DNA from: Rhodosorus marinus CCMP1338
Lineage: Eukaryota; Plantae; Rhodophyta
Assembly: GCA_029953675.1 (NCBI GenBank)
Contig: JAMWBK010000004.1
Coordinates: forward strand, 1,364,001 to 1,428,000
Direction of reading: 5' to 3'
Length of the DNA: 64,000 bases
A program made the translations under genes and the position numbers. Under the pieces are notes generated by a model that was given only the letters and a program-made list of their open reading frames with translations, searched no databases and was not told where the DNA came from. Below are positions 59,994 through 64,000 of this stretch, one piece after another. How positions within the stretch are numbered: the first letter of the stretch is position 1; each line of letters starts with the position of its first letter.

Positions 59994-61193
59994 ATGGACT
60001 TGGAAGTTATTGCATTTGGAATATGTGGTCTTCTTCTGGATATGACTTTTGTTGTTCTTCTGGCTGCAGCGAAGGATATTGTGAGCGCATCATCGCTTCC
60101 GACGAGTTCTGTTCTTGTTGCTAGTATTGTTCCGCTTTGGTTTTTGAAGTTGGTGGCGCCGTTGTTTATTGAGAAGGTTCCCTACCGGGTGAAAATCTCG
60201 GCGGCGGCGTGGAGTGGGATGCTCGCGTTGTGTGGGACCGCACTGCTGAGCTCGATTTGGGGAAAATTGGTTGTCGGCGTCGCAGTGGGGGCGATTTCAA
60301 CTGCGTTGGCTGAGATCACATTCTTTGCGCTTGTGACGAGGTATTCAAAGCAGTGTTTACCAGCGCTCACGACCGGGACGGGTTTGTGCGGGCTTTGCGG
60401 CTCGGGGTTCTACTTCTTCTTCACCGAAGTGTTCAAATTTTCATCCAAAGTGACTCTTCTGATTACGTCCATACTTCCGCTGAGTTTAATTTTCGTGCAT
60501 GGGGTCTTCCTCACACCTGAACCGGGACTGAACAGAAGCAACAGCGAGTCTGCCATCGCTTTTGAGTTTCCAGGAGCGTACGATGCTACCACTGAGGCTC
60601 TGCTCTCTCCTAATTCCTCTACAAATGAACAGGAAGAATCAAGTGGCGTCCCAAGACTATCGTTAAGAGAGAAAACCGACTTCGTTTTCAACAAGCTGCT
60701 CTTTCCTTCGATGATCCCGCTGTTCCTAATCTTCTTCACTGGATACCTCATGACTCAAGCTGTTGTACCTGAGATAACTTTTGATTCAAAGCTGAGCTCA
60801 CCTCAAGGACAATACTCACTCTTCCTTTTCATCGCGAGTATCGGTGGAGTCCTTTCCAGAGCCTCTCTCTACTTCGTCGAGGTCGACAACCTCTACCTTC
60901 TCACTGGCGTACAGACGGTTTTCTTGTTGGTGCTGATCCTCGAGATCCATCGACCGTTTCTTCCAAGCCTAATGAGCATGCTTTTCATAGCTCTGGCCGA
61001 AGGTGCAATATCCGGACTGGTCTTTGTCAACGCTTTCAGACTAATCAACAACAGAGCTGATAAGACCCATATTCGAGAGTTTGCTATGGGGGTAGTCTCC
61101 GTTGCGGACGCAACCGGCGTCCTCGTCGCTGCTGCGGTCGGTCTATCGTTGGAACCTTACCTCGCTCACATAGATGAGCTCCAAAATGCCTAA
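59994..61193 (+). CDS. CLN3: Battenin/CLN3 (BTN1) family vacuolar membrane protein
   Basis: Multi-TM 399-aa ORF with AFGICGLLLDMTFVVLLAAAKDIV, TTGTGLCGLCGS, AEGAISGLVFVNAF and REFAMGVVSVADATGV. Confidence 0.85.
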   Translation: MDLEVIAFGICGLLLDMTFVVLLAAAKDIVSASSLPTSSVLVASIVPLWFLKLVAPLFIEKVPYRVKISAAAWSGMLALCGTALLSSIWGKLVVGVAVGAISTALAEITFFALVTRYSKQCLPALTTGTGLCGLCGSGFYFFFTEVFKFSSKVTLLITSILPLSLIFVHGVFLTPEPGLNRSNSESAIAFEFPGAYDATTEALLSPNSSTNEQEESSGVPRLSLREKTDFVFNKLLFPSMIPLFLIFFTGYLMTQAVVPEITFDSKLSSPQGQYSLFLFIASIGGVLSRASLYFVEVDNLYLLTGVQTVFLLVLILEIHRPFLPSLMSMLFIALAEGAISGLVFVNAFRLINNRADKTHIREFAMGVVSVADATGVLVAAAVGLSLEPYLAHIDELQNA

Positions 61194-61557
61194 CGAAATG
61201 GTAACCAATCTATACAACCCCGGACAAGTGTCAAGGCACTTTTCCATGCTCATGAGTGAGCGAATACACATCAGTTATCCAACCTCCTTGTTTAATATAT
61301 TGCTAAAAGCTACGACAAAGCTTCAAAGAGTCAGAAATGCAAACGAACAAAGAGCAAAAACAAAGTAGATACCTCAACGTCAAGCTACCAATGAAGGGCG
61401 TCAACTCCAGAACTGATACAAAGAAAATAAGGCAACCATGCCACCGCCTCGAAGAGTAAGCCCGTGGTTTAAGAGAGCGTCCTAAAAGGAAACGATAAAT
61501 CCTTCGTGCAGATGTAAATGGAAAGCATTGCCACTGAGAAAAGGCAGTTCTAAAGAT

Positions 61558-64000
61558 CTACACCGCGATTGCTGGTTCGCGCACTTCCAGAACGTGGGAC
61601 AGAGTCTGCTTGAGCTCTGAAATGAGTTCATCGCATTTCTGTACCTCCGTCACTGGACTGCACATGAGATAGACAGTGTTTCCTAGCGGTCGTGCGTAGA
61701 TGCCCTTCTCCCTAAGTGCCTGCGTTACCGCTACTGAACCGGTTGCAGTGTAACCAGAACCTACTTTCCGCACAGACTGGTTCAGAGTCTGATCCGTCGC
61801 TTCGTTTGACTCTGTGAGTATTATGAGGGCGTACCTGAGCCGGCAAGTCGAACTGCGAGGACTGTACCCAGGTTGACGACGCCATTAACATTTGGCATGG
61901 AGCTAATGTCCTTGCACATTTGATTGTCCCAATATTGAGGTTGCTGCCCACTCCCGGAGAATCGTTTGCCGTATTCTTGAAGAGCATGCACGGCAACTTG
62001 ACATCCAATAGGATGGGCCGTGTACGAGTGACCGTGCAGAAGGGCCTCCTCTTTCTTCTTCCCCTGTTAGTGGCAGTGATACGAACCCCATTGAGGACAA
62101 GTAAAACCTTACAGTCCCTTAATAAGGCTGTAGAATAGTTTAACGTTACCTCGAAAACCTTGAAAATCTCGTCGCTCGCAAGCGTAACGCTGAGAGGTAG
62201 CAGGCCGCCCGTAAGAAGCTTTGCAAACGCGGCGACATCTGGCTTGATACCCAACATTTGGCTTGCACTCGGTGCACCAAGACGCCAGAGACCGGTGAAA
62301 ACCTTTCCATTCGCGAACGATAAAACAAAAGACGACGAGCTCTCTTCTCTCAGAACAAGGTCTGCACAGTGAAGTTTGCTGCTGGCCAAGAAGTATATAA
62401 TTCGGAAATGAAGACAGCGGATGAGCCTCTGCACCTTGATATATGAGTCAACATACCTCATCCACCATCACCGGAATTCCAGTGCGCTGACACTCGTCAG
62501 CGAGAATTCTCTGATACAAAGGGTCAATGAAACGCATGCCTCCAGCACCTTGAAGTACCGGCTCCATAAGAAGACCTCCAATCACCTCTGGTTCCTCAGA
62601 AGCCAACACCGCTTTAATCTGTTGTCTGTAGTCCTCAGCAAGAGATGATGTGAGCCTCTTCTCCATTGCGAACAGATCTTTCCGTTCTCCGTGCTTCTCA
62701 AGCACCTATTCAGTAAACGTTCATAGCACAGCACATATTGTCAGAATTTACCACCAAGAAATAAAAATTCATTTTCTTTTTCGCTCTGGGTAACCTTGTC
62801 GCCTTCAATAATCCATTGGCTGTGTCTCATGGACACGGTCGGAGGATCCAAAAAGATCCCATTGGGTTTGTACCAAGGCATCTGGGTAGCGTTGAAAACA
62901 CTACTAGGCGAGCAATCCATAACGCCTAATGTATCGCCATGATAAGACTCCTAAATCCATAAATTCAAGGATTCAGTTCGATCGGACAGGGTTCATCGCA
63001 CAGATCAACCTTACCTCAAGTGCGATAACCTTCATGTTTTTCCACGGATACTCATCACGGCGACCGTAAAGGTCATTCGCTCGTTTCCTAAGGATCATCT
63101 TTAGACCGACTTCAACGGCGGTGGAGCCATTGTCCGTGAAGAAGACTCTATCAGCCCAAGTGCTGCCAACGTTGTCGAGCAGGAGGTTGGTGAGGTCCAC
63201 GGCGGGCTGATGCGCAACCTCAGGGAAGATGACATGTCCATATCGGGATGCACCTTTGGCAGCTTCCAGTGCTAGCTTTGGATTGCCGTGGCCGAGTCCA
63301 TTCGTCCACCAACTGCTACATGCGTCGAACTGCGTTGAGAGGTTGACCTTGTCTGTTGACGAATAGTAAAGACCGGGTTGAAGTGGTCGTCAGATCCCAC
63401 ACCCATCCGCTTTCGGAAAGATAATCTCAGGTGCACCTTTCGGGTCTGTCGTTGCGACCGTGAAGTCATCTCCGAAAGCGGAATCAATAGTAGTCACCTT
63501 GTTCGTCGTCGCGTGCTGTGTAAAGGGCCACCAAATGTGATCCTTTGCTTCTTCTGAGAGCGTTCTGAGTCTTGATTCTGTCGAGTTCATATAGGAAGCA
63601 ATTGTCTTGCATGTCGACGAGAAAGCTTCCCGCAGGCCGTCTTCCTCAAAGTACCTAAACGAGCAGAAACGTCAGCTCCAGCATGTTCAGAGCTTAACAG
63701 AAGGGAAGGCTCTTATTCATCTCGTGGAAAGCGGGTCGTGTACTTTGTCAAAGGTTCTGTCTTTGGCGGAGGCGAAGGTGCTACAAGCACATTGGCATCT
63801 ACTGCCTTGTCAATCGCTTTGTGGTTTTCATGTTCAGTTCCGAATACGAAAACAACGGGAACGTCATATCCACGAATAAGAAGCGACTCATAGGCAGACA
63901 AGGTTTCAGATATTCCGCCAAGCTGACCACTACCGACTAGGACTGCCGTCATTCGTAGCGGTCTGTACACGTCAGCTTGGAGTGAACCGGATGGAGCGGG
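61558..64000 (-). CDS. BIO3-BIO1: Bifunctional dethiobiotin synthetase / DAPA aminotransferase (BIO3-BIO1), multi-exon, 5' end outside the window
   Basis: VLVGSGQLGGISETLSAYESLLIRGYDV (DTBS part), IWWPFTQH, FDACSSWWTNG, VFFTDNGSTAVEVGLKM, EPVLQGAGGM, DEV..FTGLWRLG, AKLLTGG, HGHSYTAHPIG and GIYARPLGNTVYLM. Confidence 0.93.

Overview
This is a eukaryotic nuclear genome window, most likely from a red alga. That assignment is an inference from 'MAFV' plastid transit peptides on fibrillin and Cpn60, and from GT-AG introns mostly about 73-112 nt long. Gene-dense blocks (0.9-4.1, 43-47, 52.8-64 kb) alternate with AT-rich gene-poor blocks holding decayed retroelements, local duplications and two small C2H2 zinc-finger genes. 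Recognisable genes: SAPS/PP6R-like, PAP-fibrillin, eIF6, tRNA-Arg(ACG), DUF3253, STN1, TFIIIC tau95, plastid Cpn60, cystinosin, LAMTOR3, CLN3/battenin and a 5'-partial BIO3-BIO1. The most striking element is a convergent pair of large secreted paralogues (22747-27001 + and 37605-40184 -). They share a bacterial-looking core (beta-sandwich plus glucose/sorbosone-dehydrogenase-like propeller) but carry different accessory modules: tandem carbohydrate-binding-like sandwiches and six Kelch repeats in one, a small N-terminal sandwich in the other. Also notable are three lysosome/vacuole genes within 5 kb, a micro-inversion that flips a copia protease motif, and a short basic ORF directly upstream of STN1. 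All family calls come from motif recognition by eye; no database search was run.
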